The translations under genes were made by a program, and so were the position numbers. A stretch of DNA of 64,000 bases from Balanoglossus misakiensis (taxonomy: Eukaryota > Animalia > Hemichordata). Location of the stretch: assembly GCA_040954595.2 (NCBI GenBank), contig CM082578.2:1904831-1968830 (forward strand), read 5' to 3'. Positions 1 to 13,948 of the stretch are shown piece after piece. The notes below the pieces were generated by a model. The model made no database searches. It saw only the letters and a list, made by a program, of their open reading frames with translations, and was not told where the DNA came from. Each line of letters begins with the position of its first letter. Positions within the stretch are counted from its first letter, which is position 1.

Positions 1-386
1 ACATTTCTTTGTCTTATGTTTGTCTCTGTGGTAGCATTGTCATTGGCATTTCTCTGGGAAGTGTTTTCAGTGTTGGCAGTTGCAGGTTCTGGTGCTAGGG
101 GAGTGTTGACATATGCATGGGGTGTTGCATCGGCTGGCGGTTGAACGGTGTTGTCGTTGTTTGATGCCGCCTCTCTGTGTTGCGGCGGCTGTCCAGCTCC
201 TGCAAACGCAGCATACTGAGACACGAATGGGTTCGGGTATGACATCTGCTGGAAGTGTTGCTGGTATGCTGCGGCTGGATAGGGTGGGAGTTGTTGGTTC
301 GCAGCAGCTACAGGCTGGGGTGTGTCTGTACTTGTGCTTGTTGTGGCAGTATCATCAGAGGTTGCTGTGCTTTTCTTTGTCTCTTC
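1..386 (-). CDS. Internal exon of an unidentified gene (T/P/Q/A-rich low-complexity peptide); runs off the window edge
   Basis: Minus-strand pyrimidine tract plus acceptor (ttctttttatcctccacag|GAA), then a stop-free frame EETKKSTATSDDTATTSTSTDTPQPVAAANQQLPPYPAAAYQQHFQQMSYPNPF...NIRQRN to position 1. Confidence 0.6.
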
Positions 387-1166
387 CTGTGGAGGATAAA
401 AAGAACGCAGTGTTTTTGCAAAGGTCGGGGAACATTGGTAATGGATTTGGGAACCCCGTTAATATTCCTATAACCCCTAAAGGCCGAGTTACACGAGGCA
501 ACTCGGCAGGCAACTCGGTGGGCAACTCGACGCGCAACGCCAGTCGCGTCGCTACTGCGAACGGTTACACTGGGCGACTCAACTGGCAACTCGCAGCGCG
601 TGAACAGGACTGCGCATGTGCAGAAGCCCTATCATCGTATGTAAACAATAGGAAAGGTAAGTTTCGCCCTGTCGCTCAATATTTTTTTGATTCCTTCTTA
701 TCTATTGTTGATTTTAGGATCTGTGTGCAGGGATTATTTGCAAAATACCGTTGCAAGCTCAATCATTGCTTTAATATGTACTTTGCAGTTCACGTACTGT
801 CGAAATTCAACACTCTACAGTACGTACGCATGTGTATATGGCCGGCAATGCATACACTCTGTGCAATGTGCTTACACTTAGTTTTTTTATGCTACTTTAC
901 GTGTGATTGTACCGTACCTACCGCTTGTAGCAATGACACCAGAGAACGCTCAAGCTGAGAAGGGATGACGCCACAATGTTTATAATGTTATCCGTATTTT
1001 TTGAGAATTAAATAATTATATAAAGCTTATGCACTACAATTGTTGTCAAAGCATTAAATGACCAAATGTTATAGATACAAGTACATGGTTGTTTTGTTTG
1101 TTTTTTAATTTTAAGATCATGTCATATAATAACGTTGTGTGTTTATTTTTACGACACTTCACGAAG

Positions 1167-1705
1167 ATGAATGACATACAGGAAGATTTTCTGGTAATTC
1201 TGGCAACTGCAACTGCCTACTTATTCCAAGAGAGAAATAAGAAAAAGAAAAGGAAAAGGTGAATAATTTATAATTATGAGTAAAATGAATGTGATATTTT
1301 ACTTAATAGCTTTGTAAATCCAGTTTTTGTATGCATGTGTCTCAACATATAACTTCCTGAATTACCAAGATTTTTTAAATTTTATTTATGGAACTGTTGA
1401 CATGTACAATTCACATATTTACAGAAAACTTTGGTGTAGGCCTTGGCTGTTACGGAGACCACAACTGGGATGGTATCACACTCTCATTCAAGAGTTAAGA
1501 TTAGAGGACCCAAGATGCTACAAGAATTTTTTGAGGGTCAATTACACAGGGTTTTCAGATTTGCTAACCCTAATAGAAGACAGAATCCATGAGGTCATCA
1601 ATATCTCCAGGGGAACGGTTGGCTGTAACCCTCCGGTTTTTGGCAACAGGTATACAAATGTGCTACAGCTTTTATCATTACACATGTGAGTGTGTGTGTG
1701 TGAGC

Positions 1706-1743
<38 letters not shown>

Positions 1744-4627
1744 GTAATGAAAATGGAGAAAGTATCCTATATTTTCTGTAAAATAGACATTTACTATAAT
1801 TGGCATGCCATCCTGCATCAATTATAAGTCTGTATATGCACTGAAGCACTCACAGGGTGCATTGCATGGTGTTCAACCATGTTAAAAATCAGAGTACTTT
1901 CTTCAATTTTCAAGACAGATATATATATATATATATATATGATCTGTAGATGTTTGTATACAAATGCATTTAATTGTTTTGTATTGTTTCTCCATAGGAC
2001 AATCATACCAATGTCTACAGTATGGATTTCGGATGTCTGTTTCAACAATTCGGAAAATAATCCCAGAAACATGTGAAGCAATCTTCGAGGCTCTTAAAGA
2101 CAGCTATCTCAAGGTAACTATAAATTTTTTCCATGTTTATTTCATTTTTTAAGTCATTTGGACTTTAAAACAGAAAATCTTAGTATACATATCAATAAAA
2201 TATTACATAGAATGCTAACACACTCCAAATATGGAGACAACAACAACAATAAGTTGCATGTTACAATGGATGTGATTATTGAAATGTTTTTTTCTTAAAA
2301 TCTAACTCTTACCTTCCTTGTTGTTTATGTATTCATTAATACTGATGATACTATGACTTCTAAATATTTGATCTGTGGAATAAAAATGGGGGGTCAACAA
2401 GCTATAGCAACCAACAGTATTGTAAACACACGAAAATTTCAGTCCCAAATTTAATAAATATATCTTATGTACTAAAATATCCTCTCAGCATTACACTACA
2501 ACTTTGTTTAAAAAACACTGGAAATAAAATTTAACTTTTTACACTCTGGGCAGAAACCTGCGCAAACAACTAAAATATTGCTTAAAGAGAAAATCATTAT
2601 AGAATTCTTTAACATGTTTTTAAAAATCGCGTCAAGGACACGGTGGTCCCATTGAGGGATTATACAAGAAAAAGTCTACACCAGAGTACATGGCCATATA
2701 CAGACAGACACACACACACACACTTAGCGAGAGATCAATGGGCAAGCACTGACTAACCCATTAGCTGCCAATGGCATATGTACTGTACATACACTAAATA
2801 GAACAAGCCAGTTATGTAATCTTTCAGGAATTTGTATATAATTCACTGCCTCAGGAGGGGGCTTCCTGCCTAATTAAAACAACTCAATAAAATAAATACA
2901 CACCAATTTGCAAAGCAATCTGACCAGTAATAATAATAATAATAATAGTAGTTCTTGAGGTACTGAGTTTTGACCAAATTCACATTTTTCATTTTGGCAA
3001 TGACAACAAACTCCCATCTACAGTCAAGCCTGCATCTGCACACCAAATAACAAGGTGATACATACAGCGGTTTTCAAGTTTTTGATGTGGACGGACATAC
3101 ATACATACATACATACATACATACATACAGATGCAATCGATCCCATAAGGTCCCATGGTATATATGCCTATACCAATGGGACCTAAAAATCTACCAAAGG
3201 ATGATGGGTGGGAGTGTATGAGCATTCAGGAGAATGGTGGGCTGGGGTGCTGGTGTATGGGGTTGGGCCAGAAGGGTATGTTTGTGTGGCAGGTGGTGTT
3301 TGATATATAAATGGTTCGAATCTTGGCAAATTAAATTCTCCCAAACACATTTTAGTAATTATTTCTGATATCTTCAATTTTGCCACAGCTTTGGCTTTTA
3401 CGTTTTCACAAGCTGCGAGCTCTCCAGCAACATAGTTGCCGAAAGCTTCATCCGAAGATGAAGAACGTGTTGTTTCGTTTTTGTTTGCTATTTTATTGCA
3501 TGCCGCAGCCATGCTAGATAACATAAAGCTTGTTTCATCTTGTTTCCTTTTGCGAGATGGTCTAGGTTCAACATGTTGAACAACTTCGTCATGGTCCTCT
3601 GAAATAGAATCCTCCGAATCTTGGGAACACTGAAAAAACAAAATACATTTGTAACATTTTCTGGTTCAGGGACATTTTCATTCAAAATCAGCTAATTCAG
3701 TTAGTTTACCATCACTTTAAAAAATGTTATTTAAAAAACCAAGGAACTGAATATGCTGTCAGAGGACTGTAATGTAACATGACTTTATTATGCATCCCAT
3801 GTTTGTTTCAGACTCCAAGTACAACAGAAGATTGGGCCAAAATTGCAAAGGACTTTGAAGACAGATGGAACTTTCCAAATTGCATTGGTGCCCTAGATGG
3901 CAAGCATGTTGTAATCAGAAAGCCAGCAAACAGTGGGAGTATTTACTACAACTACAAACATACTTTCAGTATTGTGCTAATGGGCCTTGTTGATGCCAAT
4001 TATAAATTTACATATGTAGATGTTGGATGTCAGGGTCGGATTAGTGATGGGGGTGTGTATAGAGCTTGTTCTTTGTCATCTGCTTTGGAAACAAATGCCC
4101 TAAAAGTACCAAAGCCCGCACCACTACCTGGTACAACTGAATGCTTGCCATACATGGTAGTGGCTGATGATGCTTTTCCCATAAAAGAGTACCTCATGAA
4201 ACCATACCCATACCGCCAACTTTCCTTGGAGAAGAGATTGTATAATTACAGACTCTCCAGGGCCAGAAGAGTTGTTGAGAATGCTTTTGGTATACTGGCC
4301 AGTCGTTTTAGAATATTTCAGACAGCAATCAATCTTCCCCCAGACACTGTACAAAGTGTTGTTTTAGCCTGCTGTGCTTTGCATAATTATCTGGTGTCCC
4401 ATTCTACTGCAAACACAGTTTATACACCTCCAGGATCAACAGACATTGTTGACCCCGTGACACATGACATCCTTGATGGTGCTTGGAGACATGAAAACTC
4501 TGGTATGGTTTGTCTAGAAAGACATCCACCCACAAGGGGAACAGAGGGAGCAAATAATGTAAGAAATAGACTGTGTGATTATTTCAGCAATGAAGGGTCT
4601 GTTGATTGGCAACTTAGCAAAATTTAA
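1167..4627 (+). pseudogene. Harbinger (HARBI1/ALP1-like, DDE_Tnp_4) transposase, 4 exons: 1167-1258, 1425-1649, 1998-2113, 3812-4627; frameshift in exon 2
   Basis: Motifs KLWCRPWL, NFLR, ISPGERLAVTLRFLATG-SY, WNFPNCIGALDGKH, VADDAF, YNYRLSRARRVVENAFG (DDE triad intact). Frame changes at ~1588 between EDRI and MRSSISPGERL. Confidence 0.85.
2620..3188 (-). mobile_element. HINE/Helentron-like non-autonomous element
   Basis: Minus strand starts TTTTTAGGTCCCATTGG...CCATGGGACC, then a (GTAT)n microsatellite, and ends GGGACCACCGTGTCCTTGACGCGATTTTT (subTIR plus short hairpin in T runs). A related 5' fragment lies at 62204-62320. Confidence 0.55.
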
Positions 4628-6734
4628 ATTTAGAGATTTAAAACTAGAGATTTGCCTTTACAATACAACCCTTTTGTATGATCAACAGTGGTATTGTTGA
4701 TAATTGAATTCAAGTCTGTATTTATTTGTGGTCATTGCATGATATTATTTATTCTGATGTATATGTATATATTTTATGGATATGCTGTATTATGCTTGCT
4801 GTGTTATGCAATATTATATTATACCAGTATATTGATGGTGTAAATCACGCTATTTGATTGGTCGAGACACGACACGTGACCGTGATATATTAGCCATATA
4901 CCACAGTCATATATCATAGTTAAAGAAAATGCCTTTTTAAAATGTTTTATGCAAAGTTTCAATATACTGGCATAATATAATAGCAATAAAACACCCCCAG
5001 CCATGGTATACCACTCGATTTTGACCAGTTCAACTCCATATACGCACTCGCTATCGCTCGTGCGTATATGTCGTGAACTGGTCAAAATCTCGTGATATAC
5101 CATGGCTGGGGGTGTTTTATTGCTTAAATAATAATAATAATAATTAAATAAAGAATTATATAATAATAATTAAATAAAGAATTATATAAAAATAATAATT
5201 TTAATAATAATAGGTCCGATTTCCACAAAAAATTCACCATAGGGGTATCTTGGCTCGAAAAGAACAAAAATGATATCCGTTTAGTGATCCCATGTTTCTA
5301 TGGCAACCATTTTTGGGCTGAAATTATGCTTTTTGTGCTAAGAGAGGGTATCACAAGTCACTTTAAATAATAATAGGTTGGATTTGAACACAAAATCGCA
5401 CTGGCAGTATTTTTGGTCACAAAGGAAACATTTGTGGTTTATTTTCCGAATGCACATTTATAAGTTGGTAAAATTTGACTTTTCTTTCAAGACAGAGGAA
5501 CTGCACATGTGCAGAACAACTGGCAATGCAGCCTGCCGATTTCCACAGTGTAACTACAAAAAATCACAAGATACAATAGTATCGCTGGGGAATCCAATCA
5601 ATCGATTGTTCACGCATATTTCCTGACTGTCGACCAGTTTTAAAACATAAATCCATTGGTATTGCATAAACGTTTACCGTCTATCTGTTGTTGTATGGTT
5701 ATCGAAGGAAGGCAGTTACAGGACACACCCGTAGAAGTACACACTTTTTGAGTGTTGACGGCGAGTCTGTTAAATTTGGCAGTTCAGCGTGACTTCAACA
5801 CTAAATAGACAACTAGCAGAAAAGTCTGCAAACTTCTAAATTTCTGGGAATGTTTTATTTGGTATGGTTATGAAATAATTTTCATTTAGGAAGAATCAAA
5901 TCTCAGTGACGCACGATACCTTCTGATGAATGCGAAGACCTGTCAGCTGACACGCAAATGCAGTCAAAACATAAAATTGAAAACGAAACCGCGAGATGCC
6001 TCGTGTGTCTGTCCTGTCACCTCGTCTGAGAAAACAATAAAATTCCCGAGAAATAATAACACGAAATCCAAAGTATCGTGATAACATTTCTTCATTTCTC
6101 CGATTTTATTTTGCTGCCGTGTAAACATTGCGTCCGTTTGACACCGACACAAACGTAGCATAACTCAGAGGACAATTCTTCGATTAAAATCAATGATTTA
6201 AACACTAACCTTCCTGTTCCACGATATCTGCAGTTTCTATGGCGCTCAAATCTCACGATATGTGCAATTCTTAAGCCAACTGGGGTATTATTCCTGTCGT
6301 TTTAGCCACGAAAACTGGGCAGACGACACAACGCGAAACAGCTCGTTCACACTCAGTTGACATCGCGTGATTTCAGAGCGCGCGCAAACATACGAAAAAT
6401 TGCTACAATGTTGTACGTAAATAAACTCGGTCTCCAACTCGTGTTGGGTTTCGAGCGAAGTTTTGTACCTCAGATCTGTCGTACACACGCCACCAGACTC
6501 ACTGGGTAACAAGGTTTTAAATAGTGTTTAACAATACCCGAGGTCTTTTTGTGAATATTAGGTAGAAAATCTCCAACTGAAAGCGTTGAAACGTCGTCTG
6601 CAATTTTAGATACATAGGCCACTTTGAAAAATGTTGTCTTTATGAATCTGAAGTATCACGAATGATTGTACAGGAAATCCACCCGTGCTTATTAAATTGA
6701 TAGATTGTTTATATAATTCTTTAAACCCCTTAAC

Positions 6735-6777
<43 letters not shown>

Positions 6778-7850
6778 TAAATAAAGAATTATATAAAAAT
6801 AAAAATTTTAATATCAATAGGTACGATTTCCACAAAAATTTCACCATATGGTATTGTGGCTAAAAAAGAACAAAAATACACTGTAATGCATAACAAATGG
6901 GTTGATACCCGCAACAATAAGAGAATTCTTTCTTTTCCACAACCTAAGATAAAATTTAGAGCCACGTAAAGTACGCTGCTTACAATCAAATGTTAAAATA
7001 TTGTTATGTGAAGGTGTTAGAAATACTAATCCTTCTATCAATACCTAACAATATCCTAAAACATATGCTATGCTATGTTTCTATTCTGTCACAATCAACA
7101 TTACCTGAGGTGCGTCAAAGGTAGACCTTGTACTTTTAGGGATTATGTACTCATCACAAAAGCTCAGCTTATTTAATATCCACTGGCGCTTCTCTAATTG
7201 GCCTGCACTACTTCCGCTTTTTGGGCCACGGCGATGCCTGGCGTACATTGTACGCAAATTCTTTATTTTCTTGTACACACTTGGTACTTAAATGAGAAAC
7301 ATTGTACAAATATATAAGTGTTACAACACAAGTTTGGATAAATTTGTTTAAATTAGCCATCAAGTCATTGGCCATAGTAGCAGTAGTTTAACTATGACAC
7401 AATTCCTTTCCAAATTTTACCAGAAGAAAACTGATACAATAATTTTATTAAATGAATCATCTTTGATGAACTGTGGCTGATTTTTACTTTTCAAATGGGA
7501 TGTAAACCTGTCAAGGTATAAGAAACTTAAATAATATTAATGAAATAAGCTGATGATTTGAATTATTTGTACATTAAGATATACTGGAAATATTAGATAC
7601 AGCCACTATGATTATATAATATTTATTCATTGTTACCTACTATAATTATACTATTTGTTCATTGTTATCTCTAGGAAATAAACCTTTAAACTTATTCACC
7701 TGACTTGTCAAGACTGACAGATATCTCTGTTATTAGTTTTTCCCTAATAACTCTGTCCTTATAGTCTGCATGAGACACATCCCATAAGGGCCGACATTCC
7801 CTATACTTCTCGATAAGCTGATCAACCTGATCATCTGACCAAGTATCCAT
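3183..7850 (-). CDS. Harbinger ORF2: MADF (Myb/SANT-like) DNA-binding protein with C-terminal BESS-like motif; exons 7850-7700, 7286-7105, 3629-3183
   Basis: MDTWSDDQVDQLIEKYRECRPLWDVSHADYKDR...KKIKNLRTMY...W (MADF pattern) and DEAFGNYVAGEL...AKLKISEII; GT/AG junctions keep the frame. Confidence 0.8.
4819..5131 (+). mobile_element. Long-hairpin element, copy 1 (TTAT subTIR, inverted subTIR, terminal ~140-nt hairpin)
   Basis: TTATACCAGTATATTGA at 4819 is inverted at 4959-4975; hairpin 4983-5123 with loop CTCGCTATCGCTCG. Confidence 0.6.
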
Positions 7851-10800
7851 CTTGTAAAAAGCTATTAAACAAAAAACAACACGCTTAAAATGAAATTCAA
7901 CTACATAACTACCACTATCAGCTTTCAAACTGCTATATATTATTGCATTATATCTATGGATTCGACATCATGGCACAGAACTAGTAATTTTCTGAAAACC
8001 TGTCATTTATAGTTGTGGAAAGAACATAACAATTGCCCTACTGGCTACGGGAAACAGTCCGTTGTAATATGTGAGCAAAACTATGGAGACAATTACCACC
8101 ACCATCACTGTTTACGGTACATAGACTAGCCCACTAGACACTTGACCTGCACAGACTGCAGACCCAAACTGACAATGTTCATTCCAGTCATGCACTATAC
8201 TACTATAATTTCTAGCGAAGAACACATTTCTAGCTTGCGTTATCCAGAAATAATAAGCTTCCACAAAAAAAAATCTTCCTACTCACAGCTGGCTGGCCAG
8301 GTCAAGAGATCAGCCAACTTGTCAATCCTCGTAACCATTTTGCGGAACTTATATATTTTTGTCATAACAACACTGAAAAGACCACTCATTTTAGTTTTAT
8401 TTGATCAAACTTGAGCTCATAATAAAATACTCAAAAAATAGTAGATAATATATGCGATATAAAAAAAATACTTACCAATATTCGCGACTATTTCTCTGGA
8501 CGACAATTTGTTTCCTGGTTCAGAAAATGCCTCTGCGCATGTGCAGATGTCAAAGGTTATTGGGGAAAACTGGTAACGCGGGGCAACCGCTTGCGCGTCA
8601 GGCAACTCGTCGCCCGAAAATCCGACATAACGGATTTCGAGGCGACGTCGCCAGACGCGTTCCATTGAGGCGACTACATCATACACAGTCGCATCGATGA
8701 CCCATATTAGGAGTTGCTTATTAGCATAAAAATTAACATATCATTAATATGTAGAACGCGATCTGACCAATGACGCGTCCGGAAAGCCGCGCCGCTCACC
8801 CATTTCCCCGCCCTTTGTTAAGAAAATCACGACCTTTTCTTTTCAAATGTAAATTTTGGGGTCAAATACGCTGTTTGGGGATATCCCGTCAATTGAAAAT
8901 AAGAAAGTACGAGTCAAACTTGCTACCTGGTCAATAAGAAAATTTCATACACCAAGTCACGTCATGTTCCCTACCTTTATTCAAAGAGTAACCCTCATGT
9001 TTGATTGTCGAAAACGTAGACACATTCTTATTCCATCACGAAAACAATTATTACCAGCGATCGTCAGACTGACAGTATGAAGATCAAAAGTCATAGGTCA
9101 AAGGGTACGATTGAGTCCCGTTTTTTTCCGTGACGAGTTTCAGTGTGATGCAAAATATTCAATTCAGTCGCATAACTAAAATTAATAGATAAATGTAATA
9201 ACTGTGTACTGGTACTTGTCTTTTGAATGATGTATGGCCCTGAAGAAAGGTCGTGTGTTTTGGTTGCTGTGATACCAGTCAGGTGACCACCGTCACTTCA
9301 TTTCATGCATCGGTCTGTCTAATACCAGGTCGCCATCTTTCAGGCGAAATCCTCAAAAAATAGCGTAGACGCCAAAATCAAAATTAAATATTTCACAAAA
9401 GCACTGGTGAAAAATGACTGGGGAACTCTGGTAGACTGCCTGACCACTGTGACATTGGCCTTGTTCTGTTGTTTTAATTCGGAGTGACTGGGGTACTCCG
9501 GTAGATTTTACCTAGGTACCGCCCTTAACAAAAACACTACAACAGAATCACAATTTGGAAAGCATGAGAGGCAAATACCATTTAAGGATGTACACGCACA
9601 ACATAAACTGATAAACAGTGCATGTGTGTCTGTTCCTGAAAGGATTACATCGATAATTGCCAGAAAACAAACTTCTACTATTGTCTTTTTCACGAAATAT
9701 TACACATAGCTCAGACAAGTAAACGTAAATTCATTGGTCAAAAAAAATTATGTGGTCACCATGCTCTATTATGAGATAAATTGCGTTAAAATCTTCGCCC
9801 ATAGACAAACCATTGGTGAAAAATGCTGAGACAGCAAATTTCTTCTATTATCAACTAAATTCATGGCTCTGTATTTTTTTTTGAAGGGCAATTACCCCTA
9901 CAATTTTTAACGGATTCTCATTATACATACACAGGATAATCCAAAATTCCACAATTAAAAGAATGACAATACTTTCAACGCGTATAATACCAGCATACAC
10001 CTGTTTCAAGTCCAGTGTCCTAATACACCATCATCATGAATTGGAACTCAAAGCAAGGCCAACGGGCAAACCCAGATTGACAACTCAATACACCAGCACA
10101 GTGGTTTCTTTATGGAAGTGGTGGTACCAATAAATACTTTATTCAAGGTAAGAATTTCTTATTGTAGCAGTATTTTCATTTCCATTCATGTTTTAAAGGC
10201 CTTTTTTGTAGATTCTGAGTTTCTATGCCAGACAAAGTATGATTATTTTTCCACTAATGCAGCCTGAATTAAAGTCAACATTTTTCACCATAGGTCTTTC
10301 TATGTTATTTTTCTATAGGCATGGACACATTTAAGTTTATCTCAAAACTGAGCACAGTGGTGAGCCTACAACTTATATCAATCACTAAATTTAATTTAAT
10401 TTGGATGAGTTATGAGTGAAACTTCATAAAAATGACAATAGTAGAAAAGGGTTTTCTATCAATTCTTAATGTCATCCTATGGGAAGAAACACATTCCATG
10501 AGCTCATACATGTAGTGTATGCCATTCTTGACCCTTTCAATATTATATGAATCAGATATAGAAGCTTGTTCAACGTCCCGTTGCGGCCAGGCCAATCAGA
10601 TTGCACTTTATGTCAATCAAAACTGAAGGATACCTAAAGTTCTATATAAGGCACCGTCTGATTGGTTTACTAGAGTTTTCAACGGGAGCTTTTATGGGAG
10701 TTGGTCAGATGTAGTGTGAGGCGACAGTATAAGAATACCGTACTGCGAAGTAAAAGACGTCGCCGTACCCTACATCTGATTTTAATCAGATTGTATGCAC

Positions 10801-11436
10801 ACATACGCTGGTTTAGAATACTGATAAACCCTGATGAAACAATCTCAGTAAAATATATACAGATGAGAATGAGAATGCAGTTAAAGTTAAATATACATTC
10901 GTTGTATCTTTTGGCTTTATTTCCAGTATTTTTGTTCTATGTAGCAAATGCGATTTCATGTTCTACTCCATACAGATTGTTACTTGTCAGCACAGAATGT
11001 ATGTGTATAATGGCTATTGTCATTGTTGACAATAATTCATAGATTCTAGTCTGGACTTAAATTCCAATTTGGCACAATAACAATGCTGACCATACACATA
11101 TATGTTTCATCATGTTTCGGGAATTTGCACAAGAAACTGCTAAACAAAGATACTGAAAACACAGGAAAAAGTTAAAGGTAATGGAGCTTTAATTACAATT
11201 CACACTGTATACAAAATCCATGTAAATAATCCAAATACTGGATTTGTCAGCTTCAACTGATATGGGGGTCACACAAGGACCGTTAAGAAATTGCTAAAAC
11301 GTCTCAGATCAAATACTGGCATAAATTATTATTGGTGAATGGTTTAAGTGGTCCTGAATCTTCTCAGATTTGAGACACGTCTCTTACCAGGTTCACACAG
11401 AGTAAAATTTGAGACACTATTAGTCTATGGTAAACA

Positions 11437-12690
11437 CAGAGCGTTAATACTTGGGGGGGGGGTTAGCTGGGCAGACCCGCCCTCCTTTATTTTTTGCCAC
11501 CCTGCTATCTTACGCGCGCCCTGCTTTCTTTTCATTCCCGCCCGGGTAAATATTTATTGTTTCTGGTGCACGCTCCCGCATGCGGCTGACGTTTGAGAGA
11601 ATGATATTTATTCAGTTTAGGGATGTTTTGTCGCCTTTGTACAGAACACAAGCAGAAGGCCAAGTGCGGAGGGACTTGGGTTACAACATCTCCATGTACA
11701 TGTACCACCCTTCTCGAAGACAAACACAAGCAGCATGAAGATACGATGATCCACTGGACGGCAATGCAGCTTGACGCCGAGGCAACAATTACCGAGAACA
11801 GCAGCGGTCTTGTGGCTGCATTTGAAAAGGTCATCACCGTTGAGACGCAAGCCTTTATGCATCGGCGTCCTACGATGCATGTATTTCCTCATGCACAGAG
11901 AATTGCCGCACACCACCAACTTCATCCATGTTTTGGAATTGGCAAAGTCCCTCGGGTGTTCATTCCTTGGTACTCTCAGCAGTGATGACCACAACTATAA
12001 TGGTTTATTGCATTGGTAAGTAGGTCTACTGATTTTGTGCAGATCTAAATTGTAGGCAATGCAATGTAGTAACATTTATTTAAACCTGGTTGTTTTCAAG
12101 AAAGGATCACTGTTTAAGCAATAGTGTTACACTCAATAAATAATAATTACTGTACAAATTACTGTGAATTTTCATTTATTTCATTTTTCAGGCAAAGTCA
12201 TCCGTGATGAGATTTTAGAGAAGATGAAGGGAAGTAACTTCTATTCACTGTTAATAGATGAAACAACTGATGTGGCTGTATTGAAGCAAATAATCATCTA
12301 TTCCAAGTACATCTTGAAGTCTGGGAAGTCATTTGTGTCTTTCCTTGGAGTTAAAGAAGTAAGTGGAAAGTTTTTCAATTTTTAAGTCTACACTGAATTA
12401 AAAACATACGATTAAACATGTTTTTGAGTGACCTCATTTAATTGATTTTGCTGACTAGTTATTTCAGGTGAGACAAACATTAAGTTGTACATTGCATGTG
12501 TTAACATCAAGGTTTTATTTTCACTTTTTCAGGTTGGTGATGGCAGAGCAGACACCATTGCACAGTCAGTGAAAGAGTTTTCTTCAGAGAATGGTATTGT
12601 CTTAAGAGATCGTCTGTCTGCTTTGGGCAGTGATGGTGCTCCTGTTATGCTAGGACAGAAAGGAGGAGTGGCTACCAAACTAAAAGAAGT
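11437..12690 (+). pseudogene. Truncated hAT-family (ZNF862/PRKRIR-like) transposase fragment
   Basis: TTF-like Zn finger MFCRLC...KHKQHE..IH; CMYFLMHRELPHTTNF; FYSLLIDETTDVAVLKQ; DGRADTI...LGSDGAPVMLGQKGGVATKLKE over 3 exons. Frameshift near 11858, and no C-terminal half is present. Possible left end CAGAGC at 11437. Confidence 0.75.
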
Positions 12691-12775
12691 GAGTGAAATT
12701 TTGAGTTGTGAAGACATTGTGATTTTGTAAGTTTTTAGTTGGTGTCTTTATATCGTGACAATAATAATAGTAATA

Positions 12776-13948
12776 ATTAAAGCTGCAAGCAGCATTGAAG
12801 GGGCCAAAGCATAGAGATAATAACCATTAGACTCCATTCAGGGTTGTACCATTCAAATGCGTAGGCTGTATTTGCTCTGGATGTGGAGATATGGGGAAGT
12901 AGGCAACCACCCGAAATGGATGTCCTACAAGTACAAACACAACAACCAAAAGTGAACTTCTACGATATGTAAGGACTTCAGTTAAGTACTTCAAAGGTCA
13001 GCTGAGGGTACCCAAAAATTAGGCCAAAAATTTGGATTCCTATTTGGTTCATATTCAAGACAACGGAAAATTCTCGCCCTTTGGGTTTTTAAAATTAGGT
13101 ATGGCCATAATAATGAGTTACGCAAGTAAGTTACAGGTGGCCCTAGGAATTTAGCATTTCATGACGGTCCTACCCTACCCCTCCAAACACCTGGCTATAT
13201 ATGCTGTGCGTGCTAACATATGGAAAGCAGGTCAATGGACACCTGAGGTCACCCAAAAATTTGACAAAAAAATTTCATTCCTGTTAATGTCATGTGCAAC
13301 AAATCCTACATTTGCAGCCCTTTCACTTTGCCTAACATTAGGTATGCACGTAATACATGAATCAAGCAGGTGTCACAGGTATCCCCCTGTATTTGACATT
13401 TCATGATAGTTTCATCCCTCCAAATACCAAAGCTGCACCTGTACAACGGGCTGAGATATGGCACTGTATGACAGAGGTCATCCAAATCACCTTATACATT
13501 TGGGCAAAAACGTAATGACGGTCATAATGACGGTCAAAGTCCGATGCCCCAGTGTCCGTCCTCAGCCCACCAAAAAATGCGAAAAAATATTACAAAAATC
13601 TTCTTCTCAAAATCGGCGTGGCCTAGGACCTTGAAATTTGGCACAGGGTATTTTGGCCACATGGTCTACAAAAATCGCGAAAAGAATGTACATGCCCCCA
13701 TTAACGTGCAAATTAGGTCAATTTGAAAATTTCGCTCGATTATAGCCACAAAGTCACGTGACTAATTACAAATTCAAAGGGCAGGTGCACCAGTACTCAT
13801 GGGCCCCAACCACCGTGCCAAATTTGGAAGGCGCACCTGCCGGAATTTCAGAGAAAAACGGGCGCAAAAAAACGACTCAAGAAGAAAGAAGACAAACTCC
13901 AGCAATAACAGAAGGGGACCAAGCGCCTGAGGGCGCTTGGTCCCCTAA
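12776..13948 (-). mobile_element. HINE/Helentron-like non-autonomous element
   Basis: Minus strand begins TTTAGGGGACCAAGCGCCCTCAGGCGCTTGGTCCCC (hairpin) and ends GCTTTGGCCC...GCTGCTTGCAGCTTTAAT (subTIR plus short palindrome) in an (ATT)n tract. Confidence 0.5.

Larger units (their letters stand above)
481..8700. mobile_element. PIF/Harbinger DNA transposon (two-gene: DDE transposase + MADF/SANT protein); right boundary approximate
   Basis: TAA at 478-480 followed by the Harbinger-style terminus AGGCCGAGTTACACGAGGCAAC; GC-rich GGCAAC/TGCGCATGTGCAG subterminal motifs at both ends (481-625 and 8530-8690); the two characteristic genes lie inside. No exact right TIR was found. Confidence 0.75.

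Noticed and set aside
1-386. Identification of the minus-strand exon as a specific gene (e.g. HERPUD-like, from ...IRQRN)
   Set aside because: Low-complexity peptide only; no upstream ubiquitin-like or other diagnostic exon found
113-958. 281-aa + strand ORF
   Set aside because: It is antisense to a plausible minus-strand exon and runs across the Harbinger terminus; no recognisable domain
9236-9280. Second possible hammerhead (CTGAAGA)
   Set aside because: No downstream GAAA core or closing stems
10862-10998. Hydrophobic stretch (SLYLLALFPVFLFYVANA) as the signal-peptide exon of the Uif-like gene
   Set aside because: No convincing phase-0 donor joining it to exon 15459; could be chance in AT-rich DNA
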